Positions 39,341-48,131 of a DNA stretch of 64,000 nt are shown piece after piece. Both the position numbers and the translations under genes were made by a program. Origin of the DNA: Thalassovita sp. Lineage in GTDB: Bacteria > Pseudomonadota > Alphaproteobacteria > Rhodobacterales > Rhodobacteraceae. The DNA is taken from NCBI RefSeq assembly GCF_017792425.1, contig NZ_CP051233.1. One strand, 5' to 3'. How positions within the stretch are numbered: position 1 is the stretch's first letter; each line of letters opens with the position of its first letter. Under the pieces are notes generated by a model. It was given only the letters and a program-made list of their open reading frames with translations. It did not search any database and was not told where the DNA came from.

Positions 39341-39931
39341 ATGATCGGGCGCATGTCAGATCAGCCCCCCCATCCCCGGACTCAGGTAATCATCAAATTC
39401 GCGCTGCTATGCGCGTTGCTGGCGGGGTACTTCCTGTACCTGGGGCTGAAATACGATTTCACCACCGGTGGCGTGGCCGCCGCCCTGAGCTGGAGCTTTT
39501 TCGTCCTGTGTACACCGATTGCCGATGCCGGTTTCCTGCTGGATTTCCCGATGCGGCTGCTGTTCGGGGTGCGGATGATCCTGTCGGAACTGGTGGTCTG
39601 GGCCATCGCCATCGGGCTGAACCTGTCGGTCCTGATCGTCGCGCCGCAGTATTTCGACACGACGCTGCTGACGCGCCTGTTACACCAGATCCTGATATCG
39701 CCCTGGCCCTATTGGGGGGTGATCGCGCTGTCCGGGATCGGCACATTCCTGTCGATCCGGTTCGGGGATGAATTGATGGATGTGCTGCATCATCGCGACA
39801 GGTCGTTCTTTCACGCCCATCATTTCAAGTATGAACTGATCCTGATCGCGTTCTTCGTCGCGGTGCTGCTGGGCTATTACGAACTCATCGCCTCGCTCGG
39901 GATCGACTCCGTGGTCGACGGGCAGGGATAG
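39341..39931 (+). CDS. Hypothetical multi-pass membrane protein
   Basis: About five hydrophobic segments, genome-like codon usage; start may be 39353. Confidence 0.8.
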   Translation: MIGRMSDQPPHPRTQVIIKFALLCALLAGYFLYLGLKYDFTTGGVAAALSWSFFVLCTPIADAGFLLDFPMRLLFGVRMILSELVVWAIAIGLNLSVLIVAPQYFDTTLLTRLLHQILISPWPYWGVIALSGIGTFLSIRFGDELMDVLHHRDRSFFHAHHFKYELILIAFFVAVLLGYYELIASLGIDSVVDGQG

Positions 39932-39936
39932 GGCGG

Positions 39937-40899
39937 TCAGGCCGCCAGCCCCTTGCCGCCCATGTCCAGGAACTTCTTGCGGCGGTCGGCGACCAGCTTG
40001 GCGCCGGATTTCCCGGTCAGTTCCGCCAGCATTGCCGCGATGGCCTTGCCAACCTCTGCGATCACCGCCTGCTTGTCGCGGTGCGCGCCGCCCAGCGGTT
40101 CGGGGATGATCCTGTCGATCACGCCCAGCGCCTTCAGGTCGGTCGCGGTCAGGCGCATGGCCTCGGCCGCCTCGCGCATCTTCTCGGAATCCTTCCACAG
40201 GATGGACGCGCAGCCCTCGGGGGTGATGACCGAGTAAACGGAATGTTCCAGCATCGCGACCCGGTTGGCCGTGGCAAAGGCGACAGCCCCACCCGATCCG
40301 CCTTCGCCGATGATGACGCTGACCAGCGGCACCCCGATTTGCAGGCATTTTTCCGTGCTGCGCGCGATCGCTTCGGACTGGCCGCGCTCTTCTGCGCCCT
40401 TGCCGGGATAGGCGCCGGGGGTGTCCACCAGCGTGATCACCGGCAGGTTGAACTTGGCAGCCATTTCCATCAGCCGGATCGCCTTGCGATAGCCTTCGGG
40501 GCGGGCCATGCCGAAATTGCGTTCGATCCGCGATTTGGTGTCATTGCCCTTTTCCTGGCCGATCACCATCACCGGCTGGTCGTCGAACCGCGCCAGCCCG
40601 CCCATCACCGCGTGATCGTCGGCAAAGTTCCGGTCCCCGGCCAGCGGCGTGTATTCCGTGAACAGCGCGTTGATATAGTCGATGCAATGCGGCCGGTCGG
40701 GGTGGCGCGCCACCTGGCATTTCCGCCACGGGGTCAGGTTCTTGTACAGATCCTTCAGCAGCGTTTCCGCTTTCTTGTCCAGCGCGGCGGCTTCGGCCTC
40801 GATGTCCATTTCCTCGTTTTGCCGGGCCATGGCCCTCAGCTCTTCGGCTTTGCCTTCGATTTCGGCCAGCGGGCGTTCAAAGTCGAGGTAGTTGGTCAT
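39937..40899 (-). CDS. accA: Acetyl-CoA carboxylase carboxyltransferase alpha
   Basis: [30 protein letters not shown]. Confidence 0.98.
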   Translation of the reverse strand: MTNYLDFERPLAEIEGKAEELRAMARQNEEMDIEAEAAALDKKAETLLKDLYKNLTPWRKCQVARHPDRPHCIDYINALFTEYTPLAGDRNFADDHAVMGGLARFDDQPVMVIGQEKGNDTKSRIERNFGMARPEGYRKAIRLMEMAAKFNLPVITLVDTPGAYPGKGAEERGQSEAIARSTEKCLQIGVPLVSVIIGEGGSGGAVAFATANRVAMLEHSVYSVITPEGCASILWKDSEKMREAAEAMRLTATDLKALGVIDRIIPEPLGGAHRDKQAVIAEVGKAIAAMLAELTGKSGAKLVADRRKKFLDMGGKGLAA

Positions 40900-40988
40900 G
40901 CGTCATTCTCCACCTGGATTGGCTGGATATATGGCTTCCCCGGCGTCCAGATGCAACATAGCTTGCAGCGCGCAGCGGCAAACGGTGT

Positions 40989-41606
40989 TCAAAGCCGCGC
41001 CAGCCCTTCCTTCAGCGCCAGCACGGGCGAGGACAGCACCGGCGCCGGCAGGTCGGACAGCAGCACCGCCGCCCCCGCCATAGAGGCCTGCGCCAGAACC
41101 ACCGCCTTGATCCCTGACCGCTGGCCATAGGCGGCACGGATGTCCTTGGCGATGGCGCGCGAAAAGGCGTGCGGCTCGCCTTCTTCGAACAGGTGCCAGT
41201 GCCGGCCCAGGTGTAGCGGCACGATGTTGTAGGGGTTGCCCTCGTTGTCCATTTCCTGCCGCAACAGGCTGGTGCTGGGGCCTTCGGTCGATTTCAGGCA
41301 ATAGGCCAGCAGGATGTCGCCCCAGTTCTCTGCCGCGCGGTGCATCATCGGACGGTCAATGCGGATCGCGCCCGCGGCCTCGGCGATATCGCCCAGCGTG
41401 GTGCAGGTGCAGATCACCGGCCCGCGCAGGGCCTTGATCTGGTCGGTGATCTCGGACCGCAGGGTGTCGTCCACACCGTCCTGCGCCCGCTCCAGCCATT
41501 CGCGGCGCACAATATGTTCGAGCCGGGTGCCGGGGGTGATCCGGTCCCGCAGGCTGTTGAAGGTGGCACAATGGACTTGTGCCGTGTGCAGGCAAGTCAG
41601 GTGCAT
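40989..41606 (-). CDS. Asp/Glu/hydantoin racemase-like protein
   Basis: CLHT, ICTCTTLG, RIDRPM, VVLAQASM, PVLSSP. Start uncertain (41606, 41621 or 41642). Confidence 0.65.
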   Translation of the reverse strand: MHLTCLHTAQVHCATFNSLRDRITPGTRLEHIVRREWLERAQDGVDDTLRSEITDQIKALRGPVICTCTTLGDIAEAAGAIRIDRPMMHRAAENWGDILLAYCLKSTEGPSTSLLRQEMDNEGNPYNIVPLHLGRHWHLFEEGEPHAFSRAIAKDIRAAYGQRSGIKAVVLAQASMAGAAVLLSDLPAPVLSSPVLALKEGLARL

Positions 41607-41729
41607 CCCTTGACGATACATGACCGGGGCCAGAGTCGCCACTGTTAGGAATACGGGGGGTCGATTTCACCCAATTCGAATCGTCCATTTCAAAGCCTGA
41701 ACCGTACGGGTTGACAGGTTTTCAAATGA

Positions 41730-41753
41730 TTAACGGCCCCGGAGGGCCGTTAA
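41730..41753. terminator. Hairpin downstream of malyl-CoA lyase
   Basis: TTAACGGCCC-CGGA-GGGCCGTTAA, perfect 10-bp stem. Confidence 0.65.
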
Positions 41754-41775
41754 CGTTTGGATGCTTCGGGGCGGC

Positions 41776-42735
41776 TTACTTGCCCGCGATCAGCTCGGCC
41801 TGGGCCACGATCACTTCGGCCTGTTTGATCGAAGCGATATCCACCAGTCGGCCCTTGTAGACGGTCGCGCCTTCGCCGTTGGCCTTGGCCTGTTCCATCG
41901 CGGCCAGGATTTCGCGGGCTTCGGCAACAGCCTCTTCTGACGGGGTAAACACTTGGTTTGCCAGTGCAATCTGCTTGGGATGGATGGCCCATTTGCCGAC
42001 CATGCCCAGTGTCGCAGACCGTTTGGCCTGCGCGATATAGCCCTCGTCGTCGGAAAAATCGCCGAACGGGCCATCGACCGGCAGCACGCCGTGGGTGCGG
42101 CAGGCGGCAACGATGGCGGCCTGTGCCCAGTGCCACGGGTCCGACCAGAATTTCTGATCGCCGCGCAACATATAGTAGTTTTCCTGCGTCCCACCAATAC
42201 CGGTGGTCTGCATGCCCATCGAAGCGGCAAAATCGGCGGCCCCCAGCGACATCGCCACCAGACGGGGCGAAGCAGCGGCGATTTCCTCGACATGGGCGAT
42301 ACCGGCGGCAGATTCGATGATCACTTCAAAGTTGATCTTCTTGGTCCGACCCTTGGCGCGTTCGATCGCCGTCACCAGCGCATCAACCGCATAGATATCC
42401 TCGGCGCAGCCGACCTTGGGGATCATGATCTGGTCCAGACGCTCGCCCGCTTGTTCCAGCAGATCCACCACGTCACGGTACCAGTACGGCGTGTCCAACG
42501 AGTTGATGCGAACGGACAAAGTCTTGTTTCCCCAGTCATATTCGCCGATCGCCTTGATGATGTTGGCGCGCGCCGCGTCCTTGTCGGTGGGCGCGACCGA
42601 ATCTTCGAGGTCCAGATTGATCACGTCCGCTTCCGATGCGGCCATCTTGGCGAAAAGTTTGGTGTTCGACCCCGGGCCGAACAACTGGCAGCGGTTCGGG
42701 CGGGCAATCGGCGTGGGCTGAAGACGGAAGCTCAT
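41776..42735 (-). CDS. mcl1: L-malyl-CoA/beta-methylmalyl-CoA lyase
   Basis: MSFRLQP..RPNRCQLFGPGS, LDLEDSV, DGPFGDFSD, GKWAIHP; 319 aa. Confidence 0.92.
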   Translation of the reverse strand: MSFRLQPTPIARPNRCQLFGPGSNTKLFAKMAASEADVINLDLEDSVAPTDKDAARANIIKAIGEYDWGNKTLSVRINSLDTPYWYRDVVDLLEQAGERLDQIMIPKVGCAEDIYAVDALVTAIERAKGRTKKINFEVIIESAAGIAHVEEIAAASPRLVAMSLGAADFAASMGMQTTGIGGTQENYYMLRGDQKFWSDPWHWAQAAIVAACRTHGVLPVDGPFGDFSDDEGYIAQAKRSATLGMVGKWAIHPKQIALANQVFTPSEEAVAEAREILAAMEQAKANGEGATVYKGRLVDIASIKQAEVIVAQAELIAGK

Positions 42736-43012
42736 GTTTGACCTCTCAGGCAAGGATATTTCGCAAATCTGGTGCAGAGAGTTATTAAATTGCGCATACA
42801 TTCGCAAGCGATTTCGCGCCCGCGGCATGATCCGCTGCGTCGCGGCGTGGGCAGTCTGGCGTGAAACGGGGTGTTTCTGGGAAAATCTGCGAACCAACTT
42901 CGGAAAACTCGAAGAATCTTGCGTGGGAAACCGATTGAACGCTGCTTTTGCAAACCAATTCGTGGCCGAATCCCGAAAACTCGATCCGAAACCACGCATC
43001 GAGGGCCGTGAC

Positions 43013-44014
43013 ATGATCGAAACGCCGTATCTCCTCTTTCTGGGCGACGCGCCCGACCAACTGGCCGCCAAGGTCGCCCAGGGCATCAAGGACTGGCGCC
43101 CGGAATATGCCGTGGGCCAGTTCCGCATGGACGGCTGCAAGGCCGACATGAAACTGACCGACATGACCCTGCTGGAAGCCAAGGCCGCCGGCGCCAAGAC
43201 GCTGGTCATCGGCGTCGCCAACCGCGGCGGCGTGATCAGCCCGGCATGGAAAAAAGTGTTAATCATGGCGCTGGAAGAAGGCTTCGATCTGGCCAGCGGA
43301 TTGCATAACCTGCTGCGCGACGAACCAGATCTTGTGGCCGTGGCCGAGGCAACGGGCAGAAAACTGCACGATGTGCGCATCCCGTCGGTAAAATATCCTA
43401 TCGCGAACGGAAAAAAACGCACGGGCAAGCGGGTGCTGGCCGTTGGCACCGATTGCTCGGTCGGAAAGATGTACACGGCGCTTTGCCTCGAAAAAGAAAT
43501 GCGCTCCCAAGGGCTTAACGCCACTTTTCGCGCCACCGGACAGACCGGAATCCTGATCACCGGCGACGGTGTGCCCCTGGATGCGGTGATCGCGGACTTC
43601 ATGGCCGGCTCCATCGAACACCTAACCCCCGACAACGACCCCAACCACTGGGACATCATCGAAGGCCAGGGCTCTCTTTTCCACGTTTCCTACTCGGGCG
43701 TGACGATGGCGTTGATCCATGGCGGGCAGCCGGATGCGCTGATCGTCTGCCATGAACCGACCCGCGACCACATGCGCGGCCTGCCGGGGTACAAGCTGCC
43801 CAGCATGGCCGCCGTGCGGGACATGGCGCTGGAACTGGCGCGGGTCGCAAACCCGGCTTGCCAAGTCGTGGGCTATGCGATCAACACCCAGCACATGAGC
43901 GACGCCGACGCCAAATCCTATCTGGACGGGGTAGAGGCCGAGCTGGGGCTGCCGGCCACGGACCCGTACCGGTTCGGCGCGGCCAGGCTGGTGGACGCAC
44001 TGGCAGCGATCTGA
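43013..44014 (+). CDS. dgcN: D-glutamate N-acetyltransferase DgcN (DUF1611 family)
   Basis: MIETPYLLFLGD, GTDCSVGKM, ATGQTG, IEGQGS. Confidence 0.9.
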   Translation: MIETPYLLFLGDAPDQLAAKVAQGIKDWRPEYAVGQFRMDGCKADMKLTDMTLLEAKAAGAKTLVIGVANRGGVISPAWKKVLIMALEEGFDLASGLHNLLRDEPDLVAVAEATGRKLHDVRIPSVKYPIANGKKRTGKRVLAVGTDCSVGKMYTALCLEKEMRSQGLNATFRATGQTGILITGDGVPLDAVIADFMAGSIEHLTPDNDPNHWDIIEGQGSLFHVSYSGVTMALIHGGQPDALIVCHEPTRDHMRGLPGYKLPSMAAVRDMALELARVANPACQVVGYAINTQHMSDADAKSYLDGVEAELGLPATDPYRFGAARLVDALAAI

Positions 44015-44056
44015 TTCACTCTGGCCGGGCCGCGTGCGGACCGGTTCGGCAAATTG

Positions 44057-44077
44057 AGTATTTTTTGCAAGATGAAA
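44057..44077 (+). repeat. 21-bp dispersed intergenic element, copy 2 (AGTATTTTTTGCAAGATGAAA)
   Basis: 19/21 identical to the reverse complement of 4073-4093; hairpin at 44024-44050. Confidence 0.75.
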
Positions 44078-44091
44078 CAGGGAGCGGCGCG

Positions 44092-45057
44092 ATGACCATC
44101 ACCGTGGAACGGGACGTTTTCCGACTGGCACAGGTGTTCACCATCTCTCGGGGCAGCCGGACAGAGGCGCAGGTGCTGACCGTGAGGGTAACCCGCGACA
44201 GCAGGACCGGTTGGGGCGAATGCGTGCCCTACGCGCGGTATGGCGAAACGCTGGATTCGGTGACGCAGGAAATCCTTGGCCTGCCATCCGAAGTCACGCG
44301 GGGAATGTTGCAAGAGCTGCTGCCCGCAGGGGCGGCGCGCAACGCGGTGGACTGCGCCCTGTGGGATCTGGAGGCCAAACAGGCCGGCAAGCGAGTATGG
44401 GAATTGGCGGGGCTGGCGGCGCCGGGGCCGGAGATCACGGCGTATACCCTGTCTTTGGCTGAGCCCGAGGAGATGCGGGCGCAGGCGGCGAAGAATGCGT
44501 TTCGGCCGCTGTTGAAGATCAAGCTGGGCACGCCGGATGACATGCCCCGGCTGGAAGCGGTTCGGGCGGGGGCGCCCGATGCCAAGATCATCGTGGATGC
44601 GAATGAGGGCTGGAGTGCGGAGGTGTACGCCGATCTGGCACCGCATCTGGTGCGGTTGGGCGTGGCGCTGGTGGAACAGCCCTTGCCCGCGTCGCAGGAT
44701 GAGGCGCTGATCGGGATGGCGCGGCCGGTGCCGGTGTGCGCCGATGAGAGCTGTCATGACCGGGCGTCCTTGCCGCACCTGAAGGGCAAATATGACGTGG
44801 TGAACATCAAGCTGGACAAGACCGGCGGGCTGACCGAGGCTCTGGCCCTGCGAGAGCAGGCACTGCGCGAGGGGTATCAGGTGATGGTGGGCTGCATGGT
44901 GGGATCGTCTTTGGCGATGGCCCCGGCCACGCTGGTGGCGCAGGGTGCGATGGTAACAGACCTTGACGGGCCGCTTTTGTTGGCCGATGACCGGGCAAAC
45001 GCTTTGCAGTATGACGCGGCCGGGGTGCATCCGCCCACCGCCGCGCTTTGGGGATAA
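44092..45057 (+). CDS. dgcA: N-acetyl-D-glutamate racemase DgcA (enolase superfamily, Ala-Glu epimerase-like)
   Basis: FTISRG, KIK, VDANEG, EQP, CADES, NIKLDKTGG, DLDG; directly after dgcN. Confidence 0.88.
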   Translation: MTITVERDVFRLAQVFTISRGSRTEAQVLTVRVTRDSRTGWGECVPYARYGETLDSVTQEILGLPSEVTRGMLQELLPAGAARNAVDCALWDLEAKQAGKRVWELAGLAAPGPEITAYTLSLAEPEEMRAQAAKNAFRPLLKIKLGTPDDMPRLEAVRAGAPDAKIIVDANEGWSAEVYADLAPHLVRLGVALVEQPLPASQDEALIGMARPVPVCADESCHDRASLPHLKGKYDVVNIKLDKTGGLTEALALREQALREGYQVMVGCMVGSSLAMAPATLVAQGAMVTDLDGPLLLADDRANALQYDAAGVHPPTAALWG

Positions 45058-45067
45058 GGAGACGCCC

Positions 45068-45928
45068 ATGACCCGCACCGTCTATGTGAACGGAGAATAC
45101 CTGCCGGAAACCGAGGCCAAGGTTTCCATCTTCGACCGGGCATTCCTGATGGCGGACGGGGTCTATGAGGTCACCAGCGTGTTGGACGGCAAGCTGATTG
45201 ATTTCGACGGGCACCGCGCGCGTCTGGAACGGTCGCTGAACGAGCTGGACATCCCCAAGCCGCCGGAATTCGACGACCTGCTGGACATCCACCGCAATCT
45301 GGTCGCCGAAAACGGGGTCGAGGAAGGCATGGTCTATCTGCAGGTGACGCGCGGTGCGCCGGGCGATCGCGACTTCGTATTCCCGTCGAAAGAGACGCGC
45401 CCGACGGTGGTTCTGTTCACCCAGAACAAACCCGGGCTGGCCGACAACCCACAGGCCAAGGTGGGGATCAAGGTGATCTCGATCGAGGATATTCGCTGGG
45501 GTCGCCGCGACATCAAGACGGTGCAGTTGTTGTACCCGTCAATGGGCAAGATGATGGCCAAGAAAGCAGGTTGCGACGATGCGTGGCTGGTCGAGGATGG
45601 GTTCGTGACCGAGGGCACCAGTAACAACACCTATATCGTCAAGGACGGCAAGATCATCACGCGCAACCTGTCGAACGACATTCTGCACGGGATCACCCGC
45701 GCCGCAGTGCTGAAATTCGCCCGCGAGGCGCAGATGGAAGTGGTGGAACGGCCCTTTACCATCGCAGAGGCAAAAGAGGCGGACGAGGCATTCTTTACCT
45801 CGGCTTCGGCTTTCGTGATGCCGGTGATCGAGATTGACGGCGCCGCGGTCGGCGGAGGCAAGGTTGGCAAGGTCGCCACCCGCCTGCGCGAGATTTACCT
45901 GGACGAAAGCCGCAAGGCGGGAATCTGA
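45068..45928 (+). CDS. dat: D-amino-acid transaminase (PLP fold IV)
   Basis: DRAFLMADGVYEV, YLQVTRG, DIKT, EGTSNN, LHGITR. Confidence 0.9.
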   Translation: MTRTVYVNGEYLPETEAKVSIFDRAFLMADGVYEVTSVLDGKLIDFDGHRARLERSLNELDIPKPPEFDDLLDIHRNLVAENGVEEGMVYLQVTRGAPGDRDFVFPSKETRPTVVLFTQNKPGLADNPQAKVGIKVISIEDIRWGRRDIKTVQLLYPSMGKMMAKKAGCDDAWLVEDGFVTEGTSNNTYIVKDGKIITRNLSNDILHGITRAAVLKFAREAQMEVVERPFTIAEAKEADEAFFTSASAFVMPVIEIDGAAVGGGKVGKVATRLREIYLDESRKAGI

Positions 45929-45951
45929 CCAGCCCGTCAAAGGCTTTCGAG

Positions 45952-45980
45952 CGGCGCCCATTCGGGCGCCGTTTTCGTTT
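45952..45980 (+). terminator. Terminator of the dgc operon
   Basis: CGGCGCCC-ATTC-GGGCGCCG-TTTTCGTTT. Confidence 0.75.
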
Positions 45981-46774
45981 CAACCAAAGCGGAAGCTGGA
46001 CGCTGTGACGCCTCCGCGGATACCGGCCTGGTGATAGGTGCGGGTGGCGGCGGCGTCCTCTGCCGCGCCCAGGGCGGCGAACAGCGGCACCAGGTGGTCC
46101 TCTTGGGCGTGACAAGTGCGGGCGTGCGGGGCTGTTTCCCAGTCCAGCAAGGCGCGGGTGCGGTCGGTGGGCGGCAGGGCCAACGTCTCGGTCAGCCATT
46201 CATCGAATACGGTCGAGGGCACCTTTGCCGCGGGACCGAACAGCCGCAGGTTATGATAGCTGAGGCCGGACCCGACAATCAGCACCCCCTGATTGCGCAA
46301 CGGGGCCAGCGCGCGACCCAAAGCAAAATGTTCAGCCGGGTCGTAATGGGCGCGCATCGACACCTGGAAAAGCGGCACATCGGCCTTTGGATACATGACA
46401 TATGCTGGCACAAAGGTGCCGTGATCGTAGCCTTGGGTGTCGTCCAGACGTGTTGGCAGTCCAGCGGCGCGGATCAGATCGGCAGTTTGCGCGGCCAATT
46501 CAGGGGCGCCGGGGGCGGGGTATTTGATCTGGTAGGTTTCCGGGGGGAAGCCGTAGTAGTCATAGACCATCGGCGGGTGGGCAGCGTGCATGACTGCATA
46601 TTCAGGGCCTTCCCAATGGCCCGAAATCATCAGGATCGCCTTGGGCCTTTCGCCAATTTCACCCGGCATGGCCTGGAACGACCGGGCCAGCGGCGCCAAT
46701 TCCTGCGCCATCTGGGGCAGCCAAGGCCATGGGCCACCACCGTGAGAAATGAAATAGGTGGGCAAGGTGGTCAT
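45980..46774 (-). CDS. LigB/DODA-type extradiol dioxygenase
   Basis: FISHGGGP, ISGHW, YDYYGFP, DHG, GSG..HN, EDHLVPL. Confidence 0.9.
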   Translation of the reverse strand: MTTLPTYFISHGGGPWPWLPQMAQELAPLARSFQAMPGEIGERPKAILMISGHWEGPEYAVMHAAHPPMVYDYYGFPPETYQIKYPAPGAPELAAQTADLIRAAGLPTRLDDTQGYDHGTFVPAYVMYPKADVPLFQVSMRAHYDPAEHFALGRALAPLRNQGVLIVGSGLSYHNLRLFGPAAKVPSTVFDEWLTETLALPPTDRTRALLDWETAPHARTCHAQEDHLVPLFAALGAAEDAAATRTYHQAGIRGGVTASSFRFG

Positions 46775-46901
46775 GCGGCGGTTCCTTTTGTCTACGCAAG
46801 GAATTTAGCGTGAACCGTGCTGTGCGGAAACGTCGAAACGCCAACAGGGCCTTTGCGCTGGCGCAATTAAGGCGAGCGCGGATCAACGCCCGCCGTGCGG
46901 A

Positions 46902-47216
46902 TCACTTATCCTCGCCGACGTTTTCCGCATAGGCGACCTTGAAGGCGGCCTGCTGCTCGGCGCTGGCCTCGGTCTGGTGCTGGTTCTTCCAGTCGTCATA
47001 GGGCATGCCGTAATAGATCTCGCGCGCTTGGTCTTTTGTCATCGCGATGCCGCGTTCGTTGGCGGCCTCCTGATACCAGCGCGACAGGCAGTTCCGGCAA
47101 AAGCCAGCAAGGTTCATCATGTCGATGTTCTGAACGTCGGTGCGCTTTTCCATCAGGTGTTCACGCAAGGCGCGAAAGGCGGCGGCTTCGATCTCGGTAC
47201 GGGTCTGTTCGTCCAT
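46902..47216 (-). CDS. DUF1244-family protein
   Basis: DVQNIDMMNLAGFCRNCL, YGMPYDDWK. Confidence 0.9.
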   Translation of the reverse strand: MDEQTRTEIEAAAFRALREHLMEKRTDVQNIDMMNLAGFCRNCLSRWYQEAANERGIAMTKDQAREIYYGMPYDDWKNQHQTEASAEQQAAFKVAYAENVGEDK

Positions 47217-47252
47217 TGTGGTCTCCGGTTGGTCGTTGGCGCATGATGCCGG

Positions 47253-47993
47253 TCAGTCCACACAAGACGCAAGCGCCTCTTGCAAGATCGGTGCCAGTCG
47301 CTGCGCCCATTCTTTTTGGTGCTGGTCGGTTTCGATCAGGTCGTTGCGGACCTCTACCAGGGTATTGTGGCGCTGATGGGCGATGGCGTGGCGGGCGATG
47401 GCGTCACCGGGCAGATGTCCGCCATAGGGTTCATTTTCGCCAACGCACAGGTCATGTTCCTGTTCCAGGCGGCGGATCAGCGGAACGGACAGGCGGGCAT
47501 CGGCGGCATAGAGGATACCCACATGCCACGGACGGGGCGCGCGCCCCTGAAGCTGACGGGTAAAGCTGTGGACGGACAGGATCACCGTATCCGGTCGCCG
47601 CGCCGCCAATTCAGCCAGCGCCGTATGATAGGGCCGGTAGCAGGCGTTCAGCCGCTTTTCCAGCTCTTCCGGTCCGGCATGTCGGTTGGCGGGGATGATC
47701 GTACCGTCATACAGCTTCATCAGCAGGGTCGGGTCGTCTTCGCCCCGGTTCGGGTCGATCACCAAGCGCGAGAAGTTGGACAGGATGGCGGGCGCGTCCA
47801 GCGCCTCTGCCAGGTAACGGGTCAGGCCGGCCGCGCCAACGTCATAGGCGATGTGGCGGTTCATATCACCCTTGGCCAGCCCAAGCTGCCCACCATTGAC
47901 GAAGGGCGGAACAGTGTTGGCGGCGTGGTCGCAGGTCACAAGCCAGCGCGCGGGGCGATCGGCCCCGATGATTTCGTAGGGTTCGTAGGTCAT
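47253..47993 (-). CDS. N-formylglutamate amidohydrolase-family protein
   Basis: CDHA, HIAYDVG, SRLVIDPNR, VHSFT, NEPY, EVRNDL. Confidence 0.9.
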   Translation of the reverse strand: MTYEPYEIIGADRPARWLVTCDHAANTVPPFVNGGQLGLAKGDMNRHIAYDVGAAGLTRYLAEALDAPAILSNFSRLVIDPNRGEDDPTLLMKLYDGTIIPANRHAGPEELEKRLNACYRPYHTALAELAARRPDTVILSVHSFTRQLQGRAPRPWHVGILYAADARLSVPLIRRLEQEHDLCVGENEPYGGHLPGDAIARHAIAHQRHNTLVEVRNDLIETDQHQKEWAQRLAPILQEALASCVD

Positions 47994-48131
47994 CAGATTT
48001 TCACGTTCTTTGCGCAATATCTAAGGCAGAAATACGGGAAATGGAATTGTCCTCGCCGCATCAACGGATATAAGTTAGCGGTAACAGAAAGACCTGCGCG
48101 AATGTGCGCCAAGAAACGGATGGACAGCAGA

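Noticed and set aside
41776..43659. 627-aa ORF suggesting a malyl-CoA lyase fusion
   Set aside because: The extension is antisense to dgcN; the RBS (GAGAGG) and family N-terminus place the start at 42735.
48005..48022. Possible third copy of the 21-bp element (GTTCTTTGCGCAATATCT)
   Set aside because: Similarity too weak and no adjacent hairpin.
47280..48131. N-terminal extension of pyruvate kinase to 765 aa
   Set aside because: Antisense to the amidohydrolase; the family start is MRRHRNVK at 48132.
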